From a bacterium (GTDB taxonomy: Bacteria > Bacillota_I > Bacilli_A > RFN20 > CAG-449), in assembly GCA_963623095.1 (NCBI GenBank), contig CAVFKD010000002.1:8615-72614 (forward strand): a DNA stretch of 64,000 nt, in the 5' to 3' direction. Every line of letters starts with the position of its first letter. Within the stretch, counting starts at the first letter, position 1. Below the pieces are notes generated by a model. The model was given only the letters and a program-made list of their open reading frames with translations. It did not search any database and had not been told where the DNA came from. This document shows, piece after piece, positions 20,644-31,694 of the stretch. A program made the position numbers and the translations under genes.

Positions 20644-21294
20644 TTATTTTACCTCATCAAGTAATTTGCGAATGTCATTAAAGACTTCATCGATGCTTTG
20701 AAGACCATCGACACTTCTATTTAAACCCTTTTTCTCATAAAATTCAACTAAAGGTTTTGTTTGATGTTCATAAGCATCTAATCTGACGTTTAAAGATTCG
20801 ATTGTATCATCTTTTCTTTGGATTAAAGTAGATCCGCAACCATCGCATACATTTTCAACTTTTGGAAGTTTAAATTGTAAGTGATATGAGTTGCCACATT
20901 TTGGACATACTCTTCTGCCAGAAATTCTTTTTACAAGTTCATCTTTATCAGCTTCAATAGTAATAACTAATTGAACTGGACGAGAGATTTCTTTCGATAA
21001 AGTTTCTAAAGCCTCAGCTTGTGGAATAGTTCTTGGGAAGCCATCAAGAAGATAACCATCTTTGCAATCATCTCTTGATAATCTTTCTTTAACTAATCCA
21101 ATTGTAACTTCATCAGGAACAAGTAAGCCTTTATTGATATAATCTTGAGCTTCAAGTCCTAATTTAGTTTGATTCTTAATTGCTTCTCTGAACATATCTC
21201 CTGTAGAAATATGTGGGATATTGCAATAGCTAAGAATCTTTTCTGATTGTGTGCCTTTACCAGCGCCTGGTGGCCCCATTAAAATAATATTCAT
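20644..21294 (-). CDS. adk: Adenylate kinase (4-Cys zinc lid)
   Basis: Contains GPPGAGKGTQ and the lid CPKCGNSYH...CDGCG. Confidence 0.96.
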   Translation of the reverse strand: MNIILMGPPGAGKGTQSEKILSYCNIPHISTGDMFREAIKNQTKLGLEAQDYINKGLLVPDEVTIGLVKERLSRDDCKDGYLLDGFPRTIPQAEALETLSKEISRPVQLVITIEADKDELVKRISGRRVCPKCGNSYHLQFKLPKVENVCDGCGSTLIQRKDDTIESLNVRLDAYEHQTKPLVEFYEKKGLNRSVDGLQSIDEVFNDIRKLLDEVK

Positions 21295-21308
21295 AAGTCC
21301 TCCTGTTG

Positions 21309-22661
21309 CTAGTTAGCAACTGCACTTGCGTGCGTATCTGCCGCGATAAGACCTTCAATTTGTTTGTATGTTTCAAGTGCAACACCAACAATGATGATCA
21401 TACCTGTTCCTCCTAAGGCAAGAGATGAAGGAACTAATTCGCATAGAGTTAAGACAATTGGAGTAGCAGCGATAATAGTTAACGCTGTTGCACCTAAGAA
21501 AGTAACTCTATTCAAAACTTTTTTAACATAGCGGTGAGTTTCATTACCAGGTCTAACACCAGGGATATATGAACCAGACTTTTGGAAGTCTTCCGCTAAT
21601 TGTTCTGGATTAATAGTTAAGTTGGAATAGAAGAAGCTAAATACAAATATTAATATTACATAAATGATTAAGCCCCAAGGCATATACCAAACTTTACCAT
21701 TGAACCAACGCATTTCAGTTAATGCTGAAGATGTAAATATCTTTAAGACATTAACAATTGTGTCGTTTGATGAATAATCTTCAACAATAAATGAGATAAC
21801 AACAGCAGGAGCCATCATGATTGATGAAGCAAAGATGACAGGAATAACTCCAGCTGAATTAATCTTAATTGGTAAGAAAGATGTATTGTTAACTTTAGCA
21901 TTTAAAGCTCCACCTGTACCTGAATGTTGAACAGGAATCTTTCTTATCGATTTTTCAATGAATGTAACGAAGATAACAATTAATACTAATGTAATTAAGT
22001 ATAAACCTAATTTTAATGCACCAGTAACAACTCTTGTTCTTTCAGTTACTAATTCACTTGTAAAGAAATATGAAATTGCTGAGTAGATTTGAGTAGGAAG
22101 GCTTGCAACAATACCTGCGAAGATGATCATAGAAACACCGTTTCCGACACCTTTTTCAGTAATTTGGTCTGCCATCCACATGACTAGCATTGAACCAGCC
22201 ATTAAATAAAGAATAATTTTTGCATAAACCCAGAAATTCAATGTTTCTGTGAAAGTGATTGCATCTGAGTTATGCATAGTTACGATAATTCCGTAAGCTT
22301 GGACTGCTCCAAGAATAAGAGTTAGGTAACGAGTTGCCATTTCGATTTTCTTTCTACCTGTTTGACCTTGTTTAGAAAGCTCAGTTAAAGCAGGAAGAAC
22401 ATCCTTAGATAATAATTCAATAATGATACTTGCTGTAATATAAGGAGAGACGCCTAATGCGAAAACTGAGAAGTTTTGTAAAGCGCCACCGCCTAATAAG
22501 TTCATTAAGCTTAAGACATCAGTATCACCGATGCTTTGGCTTAATGTAACTCCAGGAACTGTAATATTTGAACCAATTCTAAATACTAAGAAGATCATTA
22601 ATGTGAAGAGAATTCTTTCTCTAACATCTTTATTTTTAAAGATGGCAACGAACTTCTTCAT
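21309..22661 (-). CDS. secY: Preprotein translocase subunit SecY
   Basis: Ten-TM protein located between rplO and adk. Confidence 0.96.
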   Translation of the reverse strand: MKKFVAIFKNKDVRERILFTLMIFLVFRIGSNITVPGVTLSQSIGDTDVLSLMNLLGGGALQNFSVFALGVSPYITASIIIELLSKDVLPALTELSKQGQTGRKKIEMATRYLTLILGAVQAYGIIVTMHNSDAITFTETLNFWVYAKIILYLMAGSMLVMWMADQITEKGVGNGVSMIIFAGIVASLPTQIYSAISYFFTSELVTERTRVVTGALKLGLYLITLVLIVIFVTFIEKSIRKIPVQHSGTGGALNAKVNNTSFLPIKINSAGVIPVIFASSIMMAPAVVISFIVEDYSSNDTIVNVLKIFTSSALTEMRWFNGKVWYMPWGLIIYVILIFVFSFFYSNLTINPEQLAEDFQKSGSYIPGVRPGNETHRYVKKVLNRVTFLGATALTIIAATPIVLTLCELVPSSLALGGTGMIIIVGVALETYKQIEGLIAADTHASAVAN

Positions 22662-22662
22662 A

Positions 22663-23106
22663 CTAGAAAACCTCTACAGATCCACCAGCGTTTTCGATTG
22701 CAGTTTTAGCGGAACCAGATACTTTATTGACTTTAACCTTTAAGTTTTTAGCTGTTAATTCGCCTTCGCCTAATAATTTGACTAAGCATGCATTTGTAGG
22801 AACTAATCCCTTTTCGATTAATAATTCAACAGTAACATTTGTACCGTCTTCAAACTTGTTTAAATCACGAATATTGACAATAGCATATTCGATTCTTGAG
22901 TGATTTGTAAATCCTCTTTTTGGTAATCTTCTGTAAATTGGGTTTTGACCACCTTCGAAGCCAGGACGTGTTCCGCCGCCACTTCTTGATTTTTGACCCT
23001 TATTACCAGATCCACCGTTTTTGCCAGTACCTGAACCTAAGCCACGGCAAATTCTCTTCTTTGAAGATCTAGAACCTTCGTTATATTTTAATTCGTTAAG
23101 ATTCAT
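22663..23106 (-). CDS. rplO: 50S ribosomal protein L15
   Basis: Glycine-rich N-terminus [21 protein letters not shown]. Confidence 0.96.
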   Translation of the reverse strand: MNLNELKYNEGSRSSKKRICRGLGSGTGKNGGSGNKGQKSRSGGGTRPGFEGGQNPIYRRLPKRGFTNHSRIEYAIVNIRDLNKFEDGTNVTVELLIEKGLVPTNACLVKLLGEGELTAKNLKVKVNKVSGSAKTAIENAGGSVEVF

Positions 23107-23115
23107 ATTGCCTCC

Positions 23116-23730
23116 TTATTTACGAAGTGCAGCGATTTGTGCACTTGTATGTACTTTGCTTAAGCCATCGACTGTTGCTCTGATACAGTTGATTGAAGTT
23201 CTTGAACCATAAACTTTTGAGTAAATGTTCTTGATACCTGCTAATTCTAAGATAGCTCTAACTGGACCACCAGCGATAATTCCAGTACCTTCTGGTGCAG
23301 GTTTTAAATAAACTTTTGTTGCACCAAATTCGCCTGCGATTTCGTGTGAAATTGTATTGTTTTTAACAATAGCGACACGATACATATTTTTCTTTGCTGC
23401 TTCTAATGCTTTCTTGATTGCATCTGGTACTTCAGCAGCTTTACCTGTTCCATAACCGAATCTGCCTTTACCGTCACCGATAACAACTAAAGCAGCAAAA
23501 CGCATACGTCTACCACCTTTTACAGTTTTGGAAATTCTATTGATAGAGACAACTCTTTCTTCATATTGTTTTTCGAAAGGTTTGCCGTCTTTACCATCTT
23601 TCTTGAATGGCTTTTTGCCATCTTTTCTAGGACCTCTTTGAGGTCTGTCACCTCTAGGAGCTCTAGATGGTCTTGCTTCAGTTTTTGCTTCAGCTTTTTC
23701 AGTAACTACTGTTTCTAATTCTTCTGCCAT
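23116..23730 (-). CDS. rpsE: 30S ribosomal protein S5 with ~40-aa charged N-terminal extension
   Basis: Core contains [27 protein letters not shown]. It is preceded by a Lys/Glu/Pro-rich extension. Confidence 0.95.
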   Translation of the reverse strand: MAEELETVVTEKAEAKTEARPSRAPRGDRPQRGPRKDGKKPFKKDGKDGKPFEKQYEERVVSINRISKTVKGGRRMRFAALVVIGDGKGRFGYGTGKAAEVPDAIKKALEAAKKNMYRVAIVKNNTISHEIAGEFGATKVYLKPAPEGTGIIAGGPVRAILELAGIKNIYSKVYGSRTSINCIRATVDGLSKVHTSAQIAALRK

Positions 23731-23739
23731 AACTTCCTC

Positions 23740-24096
23740 CTAGAATTTTAAGCCAGCTTCTCTAGCTGCTTCTGCGACTGCTTGGACACGTCCATGATAG
23801 ACATAACCAGAACGATCGAAGACGATTGTTGAAATGCCTTTAGCTAATGCTAATTTAGCGATTTCTGTACCGACTTTTGTAGCAGCTTCGATATTGCCAC
23901 CATTTTTAATTTTTAAACTTTCAGTTGAGCAAGCAACTAAAGTTACGCCATTGACATCATCAATGATTTGTGCAGACATGTTCTTGTTTGAACGAAATAC
24001 GCTCAATCTTGGGCATTCTGGTGTACCGCTGATTTTTGCACGTACACGAGCATGACGTCTAACACGGCTAATATTTTTTGATTCCTTGTTAATCAT
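23740..24096 (-). CDS. rplR: 50S ribosomal protein L18
   Basis: Contains [17 protein letters not shown] and [12 protein letters not shown]. Confidence 0.96.
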   Translation of the reverse strand: MINKESKNISRVRRHARVRAKISGTPECPRLSVFRSNKNMSAQIIDDVNGVTLVACSTESLKIKNGGNIEAATKVGTEIAKLALAKGISTIVFDRSGYVYHGRVQAVAEAAREAGLKF

Positions 24097-24118
24097 ATCC
24101 TAAATCCTTCCTTGAGCA

Positions 24119-24661
24119 CTATTTCTTACCAGCACGTTTACCTTCCTTACGGATGATAAATTCGCCAGCATACTTAATACCTTTACCTTTATATGGTTCT
24201 GGTTCACGGACAGCTCTAATTCTTGCTGCTGTTTGTCCGACTTTTTGAGCATCAATACCTGAAACTGTGATGTTTGTTGCATCTGGTGCTGTAATTGTAA
24301 CACCTTCTTCAGGAGTGATTACTACTTCGTGAGAATAACCCATATTTAATACTAAATTTGAGCCTCTCATTTGGCATCTATAACCGATACCAACGATTTC
24401 TAATTTCTTTGTGAATCCTTCACTTACACCAACTACCATTGAGTTAATTAAAGCTCTTGTAGTTCCGTGTAAAGCACGATTTTGGATTTCATCGTTTGGA
24501 CGTGTACAAACAATTTCATTATTTTCTAATGTAATTGAAATTGATGGAGCGAAGTCTTTTGCTAAAGTACCTTTAGGTCCTTTAATTTCGACGTGGCTAC
24601 CATTAATTGTAGCTGTAACACCTGCAGGAAGGATTACTGGTTTCTTACCAATTCTTGACAT
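24119..24661 (-). CDS. rplF: 50S ribosomal protein L6
   Basis: Starts MSRIGKKPV and contains EPYKGKGI. Confidence 0.96.
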   Translation of the reverse strand: MSRIGKKPVILPAGVTATINGSHVEIKGPKGTLAKDFAPSISITLENNEIVCTRPNDEIQNRALHGTTRALINSMVVGVSEGFTKKLEIVGIGYRCQMRGSNLVLNMGYSHEVVITPEEGVTITAPDATNITVSGIDAQKVGQTAARIRAVREPEPYKGKGIKYAGEFIIRKEGKRAGKK

Positions 24662-24679
24662 ATTCTATCTATCCTCCTA

Positions 24680-25072
24680 CTACCAAACGTAAGCGACTAC
24701 TTCGCCACCGATGCCTAATTTTCTAGCTTTCTTGTCAGTCATAACACCTTGTGATGTTGAGATGATTGCAATACCTAAGCCATTTAAGACACGTGGAAGG
24801 TTGTCTGCTGAGACGTTAACTCTTAAACCTGGTTTTGAGATTTTCTTTAAACCAGAAATAACTTTAACACCGTTTTCTGAATATTTTAAAGTAATTGTTA
24901 ATTCTTTAATTTTGTCTCCAGAAACTGCGAATTCATTAATGAATCCTTCTTCTTTTAAGATTTCAGCAATGTGTAACTTCATAGTTGAGAAAGGCATAGA
25001 AACTTTTTCTCTTTTTAAAGCGTTAGCATTACGAATTCTTGTAAGCATATCTGCTATTGGATCTGTCATCAT
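24680..25072 (-). CDS. rpsH: 30S ribosomal protein S8
   Basis: Contains [13 protein letters not shown]. Confidence 0.96.
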   Translation of the reverse strand: MMTDPIADMLTRIRNANALKREKVSMPFSTMKLHIAEILKEEGFINEFAVSGDKIKELTITLKYSENGVKVISGLKKISKPGLRVNVSADNLPRVLNGLGIAIISTSQGVMTDKKARKLGIGGEVVAYVW

Positions 25073-25090
25073 ATAACCTTTTCCTCCTTA

Positions 25091-25276
25091 CTACCATGAA
25101 GATTTAGTCATACCTGGGATTTCACCTTTGTATGCTAAATTTCTTAAACAAATACGGCAAACGCCGAATTTTCTAATTACTGAATGTGGACGTCCACAAA
25201 TTTTACAACGAGAATATTCTCTTACCTTAAATTTTTGAGGACGAGATTGTTTAACTTTTAATGATTTTTTTGCCAT
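25091..25276 (-). CDS. rpsN: 30S ribosomal protein S14 type Z (61 aa, zinc form)
   Basis: Contains [20 protein letters not shown]. Confidence 0.95.
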   Translation of the reverse strand: MAKKSLKVKQSRPQKFKVREYSRCKICGRPHSVIRKFGVCRICLRNLAYKGEIPGMTKSSW

Positions 25277-25293
25277 ACTTTCTTATCCCCTTT

Positions 25294-25833
25294 CTATTTA
25301 TGGAATGGCATACCTAATTCTTCTAATAATGTGTATGCTTCTTTATCTGTATTAGCTGTTGTAACAATTACAATATCCATACCTCTGATCTTGCCGATTT
25401 TATCGAAATCAATTTCAGGGAAGATTAATTGTTCTTTAATACCTAATGTGTAGTTACCTCTGCCATCGAATGCATTTTTAGATACACCACGGAAGTCTCT
25501 AACTCTTGGTAAAGAAATAGAAACGAGTTTATCTAAGAATTCATACATTCTGTCGCCTCTTAAAGTTACTTTACAACCAATTGCTTGGCCTTCTCTTAAC
25601 TTGAATGAAGCGATAGATTTTTTAGCTTTAGTAATTACTGGTTTTTGACCAGAGATGATTGTTAAATCTCTTACTGCGTCATCTAATAATTTGGAGTTGC
25701 TAGTTGCATCACCAACACCTAAATTGATAACAATTTTAGATACTGCTGGTACTTGCATAACTGAATCATAATGATATGTATCCATTAATTTAGCAACGAC
25801 TTCTGACTTATATTTATCTTTTAAACGTGCCAT
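25294..25833 (-). CDS. rplE: 50S ribosomal protein L5
   Basis: ORF-track translation, in the spc operon position. Confidence 0.96.
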   Translation of the reverse strand: MARLKDKYKSEVVAKLMDTYHYDSVMQVPAVSKIVINLGVGDATSNSKLLDDAVRDLTIISGQKPVITKAKKSIASFKLREGQAIGCKVTLRGDRMYEFLDKLVSISLPRVRDFRGVSKNAFDGRGNYTLGIKEQLIFPEIDFDKIGKIRGMDIVIVTTANTDKEAYTLLEELGMPFHK

Positions 25834-25846
25834 TTTCAGTTACCTC

Positions 25847-26152
25847 CTATAATGATTTGCCGGTTTTCTTATTAACACGGACTTTTTTACCATCAACTAC
25901 TTTGTAGCCAATTTTGATTGTCTTCTTTGCTTTTTCATCATATAAAGCAACGTTAGATGCATCAATTGGAGCATACATTTCAATGATTTGACCTTCTGGA
26001 TTTGATTGTGAAGGTTTTTGATGTTTTTTAACAGTGTGGACACCGTCAACAACAACTCTATTTAATTTTGGGAAAACTTTTTGAATTGTTCCGACTTTGC
26101 CTTTGTCTGCGCCTGCAATAATCTTAACTTTATCGCCTTTTTTTAACTTCAT
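25847..26152 (-). CDS. rplX: 50S ribosomal protein L24
   Basis: KOW motif KKGDKVKIIAGADKGK. Confidence 0.95.
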   Translation of the reverse strand: MKLKKGDKVKIIAGADKGKVGTIQKVFPKLNRVVVDGVHTVKKHQKPSQSNPEGQIIEMYAPIDASNVALYDEKAKKTIKIGYKVVDGKKVRVNKKTGKSL

Positions 26153-26166
26153 ACTAGCGCTTCCTC

Positions 26167-26541
26167 CTATAAGACTTCTGGTGCTAAGGAAATAATTTTC
26201 ATAAATCCTTCACCCTTATCACGTAATTCACGAGCTACTGGTCCGAAAACACGTGTGCCACGAGGTGTGCCATCATCATTAATTAAGACAACAGCGTTAT
26301 CATCGAAGCTAACATTTGAACCATCTGGTCTTCTAACATTTTTTGCAGTTCTTACGATGACACCTTTAACGACATCACCTTTTTTGATCTTACCATTTGG
26401 GATTGCATCCTTTACTGCGCAAAGAACGATATCACCAACTGATGAAGATTTTCTTTTAGAACCGCCGTATAAACGGAAGACACGTACTGATCTTGCACCT
26501 GAGTTATCAGCGACAACTAAGTTTGTTTCTGTTTGAATCAT
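26167..26541 (-). CDS. rplN: 50S ribosomal protein L14
   Basis: Starts [16 protein letters not shown]. Confidence 0.97.
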   Translation of the reverse strand: MIQTETNLVVADNSGARSVRVFRLYGGSKRKSSSVGDIVLCAVKDAIPNGKIKKGDVVKGVIVRTAKNVRRPDGSNVSFDDNAVVLINDDGTPRGTRVFGPVARELRDKGEGFMKIISLAPEVL

Positions 26542-26559
26542 ACTCTATCCTCCTTATAC

Positions 26560-26826
26560 TTATTTAACATCTTCTGCGTGTGAAACAACTTTAATTAATC
26601 TAAAGTGTTTTGTAGCAGATAATTTCTTTGTTTCCATGATTTGAACTGTATCGCCTAATTTGCATACATTTTCTTCATCATGAGCATAATATTTTTTACG
26701 GTATTTAACTCTCTTACCATATTTAGCATCTTTTTTATGAGTTTCAACTAAAACGGTAATTGTTTTATCACACTTATTAGCGACTACAACGCCTTGAATA
26801 ACTCTACGAGTATTTCTTTCTTCCAT
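26560..26826 (-). CDS. rpsQ: 30S ribosomal protein S17
   Basis: ORF-track translation, in the conserved position after rpmC. Confidence 0.95.
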   Translation of the reverse strand: MEERNTRRVIQGVVVANKCDKTITVLVETHKKDAKYGKRVKYRKKYYAHDEENVCKLGDTVQIMETKKLSATKHFRLIKVVSHAEDVK

Positions 26827-26841
26827 GCTTTAGTCCTCCTC

Positions 26842-27039
26842 TTATTCAATGCCAAGTTCGCGTTCTTTTAATACTGTATAAATACGAGCAATAGTTTTAC
26901 GAACTTCTGTGATTTTTTTGCCATTTTCTAATTGGCCAGTTGCGTGTTGGAAACGTAATTGTAATAATTCTTGTTTTAATTCATAGACTTTTGAATTTAA
27001 TTCATCATTAGTCATTTCTTTAATTTCTGAAATTTTCAT
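26842..27039 (-). CDS. rpmC: 50S ribosomal protein L29
   Basis: 65 aa. Contains ELKQELLQLRFQ. Confidence 0.94.
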   Translation of the reverse strand: MKISEIKEMTNDELNSKVYELKQELLQLRFQHATGQLENGKKITEVRKTIARIYTVLKERELGIE

Positions 27040-27042
27040 AAA

Positions 27043-27459
27043 TTATTTTGTTTCTCCTTTCGCAACGACTTTTGTTTTAAGTGGTAATTTGTAGCTAGCT
27101 AAACGTAATGCTTCTCTAGCTGTTGCTTCGTCGATTCCACCGATTTCGAACATAACTCTACCTGTTTTAACAACTGCAACCCATTGATCAAGTGAACCTT
27201 TACCAGAACCCATACGAACTTCTGCAGGTTTCTTTGTTTTTGCTAATTGTGGGAAGATTCTGATCCAGATTTGACCAGATCTTTTTGTGTATCTTGCTAA
27301 GACGATACGAGCTGCTTCGATTTGACGAGCTGTAATCCAGTTTCCGGAGACAGCTTGAAGTCCGAATTCACCAAATGATACTTCGTTACCTGCTTTAGAT
27401 AAACCTTCGTATTTGATTGAATGTGGTCTTCTATATTTAACTCTTTTTGGTTGTAACAT
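27043..27459 (-). CDS. rplP: 50S ribosomal protein L16
   Basis: Starts [11 protein letters not shown]. Confidence 0.97.
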   Translation of the reverse strand: MLQPKRVKYRRPHSIKYEGLSKAGNEVSFGEFGLQAVSGNWITARQIEAARIVLARYTKRSGQIWIRIFPQLAKTKKPAEVRMGSGKGSLDQWVAVVKTGRVMFEIGGIDEATAREALRLASYKLPLKTKVVAKGETK

Positions 27460-27465
27460 AGTTAA

Positions 27466-28140
27466 CTATTCTCCTTTCTTTTCAACTGGTTTTTCAGCCT
27501 TTTGGAAATTTTTGCTTAAACCACGGCAGATCCAGACTTTGCAGCCTAATTTACCATAAGTTGTAGCAGCTTCTGCTAAAGCGTAGTCAACATCCATTCT
27601 TAATGTATGAAGTGAAACTACACCTTCTTTATATCCTTCAGCACGAGCAATATCTGCACCTGCTAAACGACCAGAGATTGAAGTTTTGACACCTAAAGCG
27701 CCTGCCTTCATAACTCTTTGAATTGCTTTCTTTTGAACATTTCTGAAAGATGCTCTTGCTTCAAGTTGAGCAGCCATGTCTTGAGCGACAATGTTTGCAT
27801 CTAAACTTGGGTTTTTGATTTCAACTACTGTTAATTTAACAGAGCCATTTGAAACCATTTTTGATACTTTTGTTTGTAATTCTTTAATGTTTGCACCATC
27901 TTGTCCAAGTACAACACCTGGGCGAGCTGTGAAGATAGAAACGATTGTATCGTGATCTTTCTTTCTTTCAATTTCAATGTGTGAAATTAATGCATCTTTT
28001 AAAGTTTTTGAAAGATAAGTTCTGATTTTGTAGTCTTCATTTAAGAAATCTGCGAAATCTTTTTTGTCTGCGAACCATCTAGAATTCCAATCACGGCTGA
28101 TGCCGATTCTCATTCCAACTGGATTAACTTTTTGACCCAT
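27466..28140 (-). CDS. rpsC: 30S ribosomal protein S3
   Basis: ORF track extends to 28167. ATG 28140 (MGQKVNPVG...) is preceded by AGGAGG and removes the overlap with rplV. Confidence 0.96.
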   Translation of the reverse strand: MGQKVNPVGMRIGISRDWNSRWFADKKDFADFLNEDYKIRTYLSKTLKDALISHIEIERKKDHDTIVSIFTARPGVVLGQDGANIKELQTKVSKMVSNGSVKLTVVEIKNPSLDANIVAQDMAAQLEARASFRNVQKKAIQRVMKAGALGVKTSISGRLAGADIARAEGYKEGVVSLHTLRMDVDYALAEAATTYGKLGCKVWICRGLSKNFQKAEKPVEKKGE

Positions 28141-28153
28141 TTGATTCTTCCTC

Positions 28154-28486
28154 CTATCTTTCTGCAACCACTACAGTGATGTGGCTTGTTCTTTTGACGT
28201 ATGTATCTGCTGAACCTTTAGCTCTTGGCATATATCTCTTTAGTCTTGGACCTTCATTTGCATAAATAGTCTTGACGTAGAGTTTTGATTCATCCGCCTT
28301 GTTATTGTTAACAGCATTTGCTGCTGCTGATTTGATTAATTTTGCGACAACTGGTGAGCTTGATTTGTTTAAGTTAGCTAAGATGCCTAATGCATCTGCA
28401 ACTGATTTTCCTCTAACTAAATCAATTACTAATTGTACTTTTCTAGGAGTGATACGGACTCCAGTTACTTTTGCTGTTGCTTCCAT
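28154..28486 (-). CDS. rplV: 50S ribosomal protein L22
   Basis: ORF-track translation, in the S10 operon position. Confidence 0.96.
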   Translation of the reverse strand: MEATAKVTGVRITPRKVQLVIDLVRGKSVADALGILANLNKSSSPVVAKLIKSAAANAVNNNKADESKLYVKTIYANEGPRLKRYMPRAKGSADTYVKRTSHITVVVAER

Positions 28487-28496
28487 GTCTTACCTC

Positions 28497-28781
28497 CTAC
28501 TTAGCTGCTCTATCTTCAGCGTTGTTACCGCTATGTCCTTTGAATGTTCTAGTTGGAGCAAATTCACCTAATTTGTGTCCGACCATATCTTCTGTAACAT
28601 AGACAGTGATAAATTCATGACCATTATATACTGCGAAAGAATGTTCAATGAATGCTGGGAAAATTGTTGATCTTCTTGACCATGTTTTAATTAATTCTTT
28701 TTTGTGAGCCGCATTTAATGCTTCGACTTTCTTCATTAAGTGTTCGTCGCAGAATGGACCCTTCTTTAAACTACGTGCCAT
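28497..28781 (-). CDS. rpsS: 30S ribosomal protein S19
   Basis: Starts [10 protein letters not shown]. Confidence 0.97.
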   Translation of the reverse strand: MARSLKKGPFCDEHLMKKVEALNAAHKKELIKTWSRRSTIFPAFIEHSFAVYNGHEFITVYVTEDMVGHKLGEFAPTRTFKGHSGNNAEDRAAK

Positions 28782-28799
28782 AATTCATTTACTCCTTTC

Positions 28800-29642
28800 C
28801 TATAATGCTTTACCGCCATTAGCTCTTCTTACAATTAATTTGCTTGAAGCTTTTTTGGACTTTCTTGTCTTAACGCCCATTGCACGTTTACCCCAAGGTG
28901 TTCTTGGTGCATCACGACCGACTGGACATTTACCTTCACCACCACCGTGTGGGTGATCGTTAGGGTTCATAACAGAACCTCTGACTGTTGGTCTTACGCC
29001 ATACCATCTATTTTTACCAGCTTTACCAAAGTTGATTAAGTTCCAATCTTCATTACCGACGATACCGATTGTAGCGCGGCAAGCAGATAATACTTTTCTA
29101 ACTTCACCTGAAGCTAAACGTAATGTTGTATATTTACCTTCATTACCTAAAACTTGAGCAGATGTACCAGCAGCTCTACACATTTGGCCACCTTTTAATG
29201 GTTGAAGTTCAACGTTGTGTACGAATGTACCTTCTGGGATACTTGCAAGAGGCATTGCATTACCTACTTTAATATCACATGCTTCGCCAGATTCAATTTT
29301 GTCTCCGACTTTTAAGCCTTGAGGTGCTAAGATATATCTCTTTTCACCATCAGCATAATTGATTAAGCAAATGTTTGCGTTTCTATTTGGATCATATTCG
29401 ACTGTTGCGACTGTACCTACGATTCCATCTTTATTTCTCTTGAAATCAATAACACGGTATTTTCTTTTGTTACCACCGCCGATGTGACGGCATGTGATAG
29501 CACCAGTGTTATTACGTCCACCAGTTTTCTTAATAGAAACTAATAAACTTTTTTCAGGAGTAGCTGTTGTAATTTCGCTAAATGTTGATTGAGTCATAGC
29601 ACGACGGCTTGGAGTCGTTGGTTTATAACTTTTAATTGGCAT
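28800..29642 (-). CDS. rplB: 50S ribosomal protein L2
   Basis: Contains [13 protein letters not shown]. Confidence 0.97.
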   Translation of the reverse strand: MPIKSYKPTTPSRRAMTQSTFSEITTATPEKSLLVSIKKTGGRNNTGAITCRHIGGGNKRKYRVIDFKRNKDGIVGTVATVEYDPNRNANICLINYADGEKRYILAPQGLKVGDKIESGEACDIKVGNAMPLASIPEGTFVHNVELQPLKGGQMCRAAGTSAQVLGNEGKYTTLRLASGEVRKVLSACRATIGIVGNEDWNLINFGKAGKNRWYGVRPTVRGSVMNPNDHPHGGGEGKCPVGRDAPRTPWGKRAMGVKTRKSKKASSKLIVRRANGGKAL

Positions 29643-29675
29643 ACTATTTATTTTCTCCTATATTCGGCCTTAGCC

Positions 29676-30011
29676 TTATTCATTAACTACATTAATTTTG
29701 TCAGCATCGTTAACTTTAACGATTGCTTTCTTATAGCCGCCTACTTTACCTTCGTAACGGCCAACTCTCTTTGCCTTAGGGAGTACATTGACAATCTTTA
29801 CATCATCAACTTTAACATTGAAGATTTCTTGGACTGCAATTTTGATTTGTGCTTTGTTAGCATTTTTAGCAACTTTAAGAGTGATTTTGTTTTCTTCTTG
29901 TTGTTGCTTCATTGTTTTTTCAGTAACAATTGGAGCTAAGATAATATCAAAGCTGTTGATTTGTGGAGCTGCGAATTTTCTTTCAGCAACTGCTTCTTTT
30001 TTCTTTGCCAT
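29676..30011 (-). CDS. rplW: 50S ribosomal protein L23 (N-terminally extended)
   Basis: Core contains DIILAPIVTEKT. Confidence 0.93.
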   Translation of the reverse strand: MAKKKEAVAERKFAAPQINSFDIILAPIVTEKTMKQQQEENKITLKVAKNANKAQIKIAVQEIFNVKVDDVKIVNVLPKAKRVGRYEGKVGGYKKAIVKVNDADKINVVNE

Positions 30012-30649
30012 TATTTAAGTCCTCCTTCTACTGATTCGATTGCATCTTTTGTGAAGATTACGCTGTTTGTATTTAAGATGTCATAAACACTTAAATTGTT
30101 TGCTTTAACAATAACTACACCTGGAATATTTCTTACAGAAGCAATTAAGTTATTGTTGTCATCATTAATAACAATTAATGATTTTGCTTTTGCATTAACA
30201 CTTGCTAATACCTTTGCGCCTTCTTTTGTAGATGGTGCTTCGAAGTTGAATGAATCAACAACGATGATATCTTTTGAAGCAGCTTTAATTGATAATGCTG
30301 ACTTTAATGCTAAAGCGTGTTCTTTCTTGTTTTGAGCAAGTTTGAAGTTTTGGTTACCTCTTGGTCCAAATACGATACCACCTTTTCTCCAAATTGGTGA
30401 ACGTGATGATCCAGCTCTTGCTCTACCTGTACCTTTTTGTCTCCATGGTTTCTTACCGCCACCAGAAACTTCAGAACGGTTTAATGTTTTAGCAGTAGCT
30501 TGTCTCATATTTGCTTGATAAACTTGTACTGCATTGAACATAGCTTGGTTGTTTGCGTCAATTCCGAAGACGTCTACGCTAACTTTAACATTGCCTTTGT
30601 CTTCACCTAATTGGTTAACAACTTTTAATGTAATGTTTTTTGTTGCCAT
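30011..30649 (-). CDS. rplD: 50S ribosomal protein L4
   Basis: Contains KPWRQKGTGRAR. Confidence 0.96.
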   Translation of the reverse strand: MATKNITLKVVNQLGEDKGNVKVSVDVFGIDANNQAMFNAVQVYQANMRQATAKTLNRSEVSGGGKKPWRQKGTGRARAGSSRSPIWRKGGIVFGPRGNQNFKLAQNKKEHALALKSALSIKAASKDIIVVDSFNFEAPSTKEGAKVLASVNAKAKSLIVINDDNNNLIASVRNIPGVVIVKANNLSVYDILNTNSVIFTKDAIESVEGGLK

Positions 30650-30651
30650 AC

Positions 30652-31365
30652 TTATTTATCCTCTCCGCTTTCATTAACTACTTCAGCAACTGCTGGTGTG
30701 TAATTAACTAATGGCTTAACTACTGGTTTTGTTCTTTGAACTTTAACTGCTGTTTTGATTGTTACCATTGATTTCTTAGGACCTGGGATTGCTCCTTTTA
30801 CTAAGATTGCATTGTTAACTGTATCAACTGCAACGATTGTTAAATTTGAAATTGTTGCTTGTTTGTTGCCTGCATGTCCTGGCATTTTCTTGCCTTTCAT
30901 AACGCCACGGTTATAACGACCGTTTGTTGCGAAAGAACCTGAACCTCTGTGGTATCCTGAACCATGACCTTTAGGACCGATTGTGAAGTGCCATCTCTTG
31001 ATTGCACCGCTGAAGCCTTTACCTTTTGAAGTTCCAGTTACATCAACTACATCTCCTGCATTGAAGATGTCACATTTGATTTCTGAACCAACTGTATAAG
31101 ACATCATTTCGTCGCCTTTTAATTCAGCAATTTCATATTTTGGTGAAACACCTGCTTTTTTGAAAATACCTAATTCTGCTTTGTTGCAACGATTTTCTTT
31201 TTTATCTTCGTATCCGACTTGGATTGCATCGTAGTCGTCTGTTTCAGTTGTCTTAACTTGTAATACAACGTTTGGTAATACTTCAACTACTGTGACAGGG
31301 TACATTGTGCCATCTTCAGCGAATACTTGAGTCATACCCATTTTTCTACCTAAAATTGATTTCAT
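30652..31365 (-). CDS. rplC: 50S ribosomal protein L3 (C-terminally extended)
   Basis: Contains KGKGFSGAIKRWHF. Confidence 0.96.
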   Translation of the reverse strand: MKSILGRKMGMTQVFAEDGTMYPVTVVEVLPNVVLQVKTTETDDYDAIQVGYEDKKENRCNKAELGIFKKAGVSPKYEIAELKGDEMMSYTVGSEIKCDIFNAGDVVDVTGTSKGKGFSGAIKRWHFTIGPKGHGSGYHRGSGSFATNGRYNRGVMKGKKMPGHAGNKQATISNLTIVAVDTVNNAILVKGAIPGPKKSMVTIKTAVKVQRTKPVVKPLVNYTPAVAEVVNESGEDK

Positions 31366-31385
31366 ATTGGTCTCCTGTCTCCTTT

Positions 31386-31694
31386 CTACTTGAGTTCGAT
31401 GTCAACACCTGCTGGAAGATCCATGTGTGTTAATGCATCGATTGTTTGTTTTGTTGGATTAACGATATCGATAATTCTTTTGTGAGTTCTGATTTCGAAT
31501 TGTTCGCGAGCATCTTTGTATTTGTGAACTGCACGTAAGATTGTATAAACTTGTTTCTCTGTTGGTAGAGGAATAGGTCCTACAACTGTTGCTCCTGTTG
31601 ATTTCGCTGCTGTGATGATCTTGTCGACTGAGACGTCTAAGACTTTGTGATCATAAGCTTGTAAGCGAATTCTGATTTTTTTGCTTTTTGCCAT
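31386..31694 (-). CDS. rpsJ: 30S ribosomal protein S10
   Basis: Contains [14 protein letters not shown]. Confidence 0.97.
   Translation of the reverse strand: MAKSKKIRIRLQAYDHKVLDVSVDKIITAAKSTGATVVGPIPLPTEKQVYTILRAVHKYKDAREQFEIRTHKRIIDIVNPTKQTIDALTHMDLPAGVDIELK

Noticed and set aside
27466-28167. N-terminal extensions in several track ORFs: rpsC 28167, permease 11110, radC 51627, sdaA 46372, flavoprotein 58208, queA 34447 and membrane protein 3391.
   Set aside because: The track appears to take the longest ORF and to allow TTG or GTG starts. Internal ATG codons with proper SD sequences and canonical family N-termini remove the overlaps, so shorter coordinates are reported.
29589-29939. Plus-strand ORFs of 60-121 aa in the track. 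Examples are 29589..29939, 24711..25076, 63315..63674, 39175..39498, 26255..26536, 28299..28571 and 148..978.
   Set aside because: Each lies fully antisense to a well-supported minus-strand gene (ribosomal proteins, tuf, uvrA and others). They have no SD sequence and low-complexity translations. They are the expected stop-poor antisense frames of AT-rich genes.
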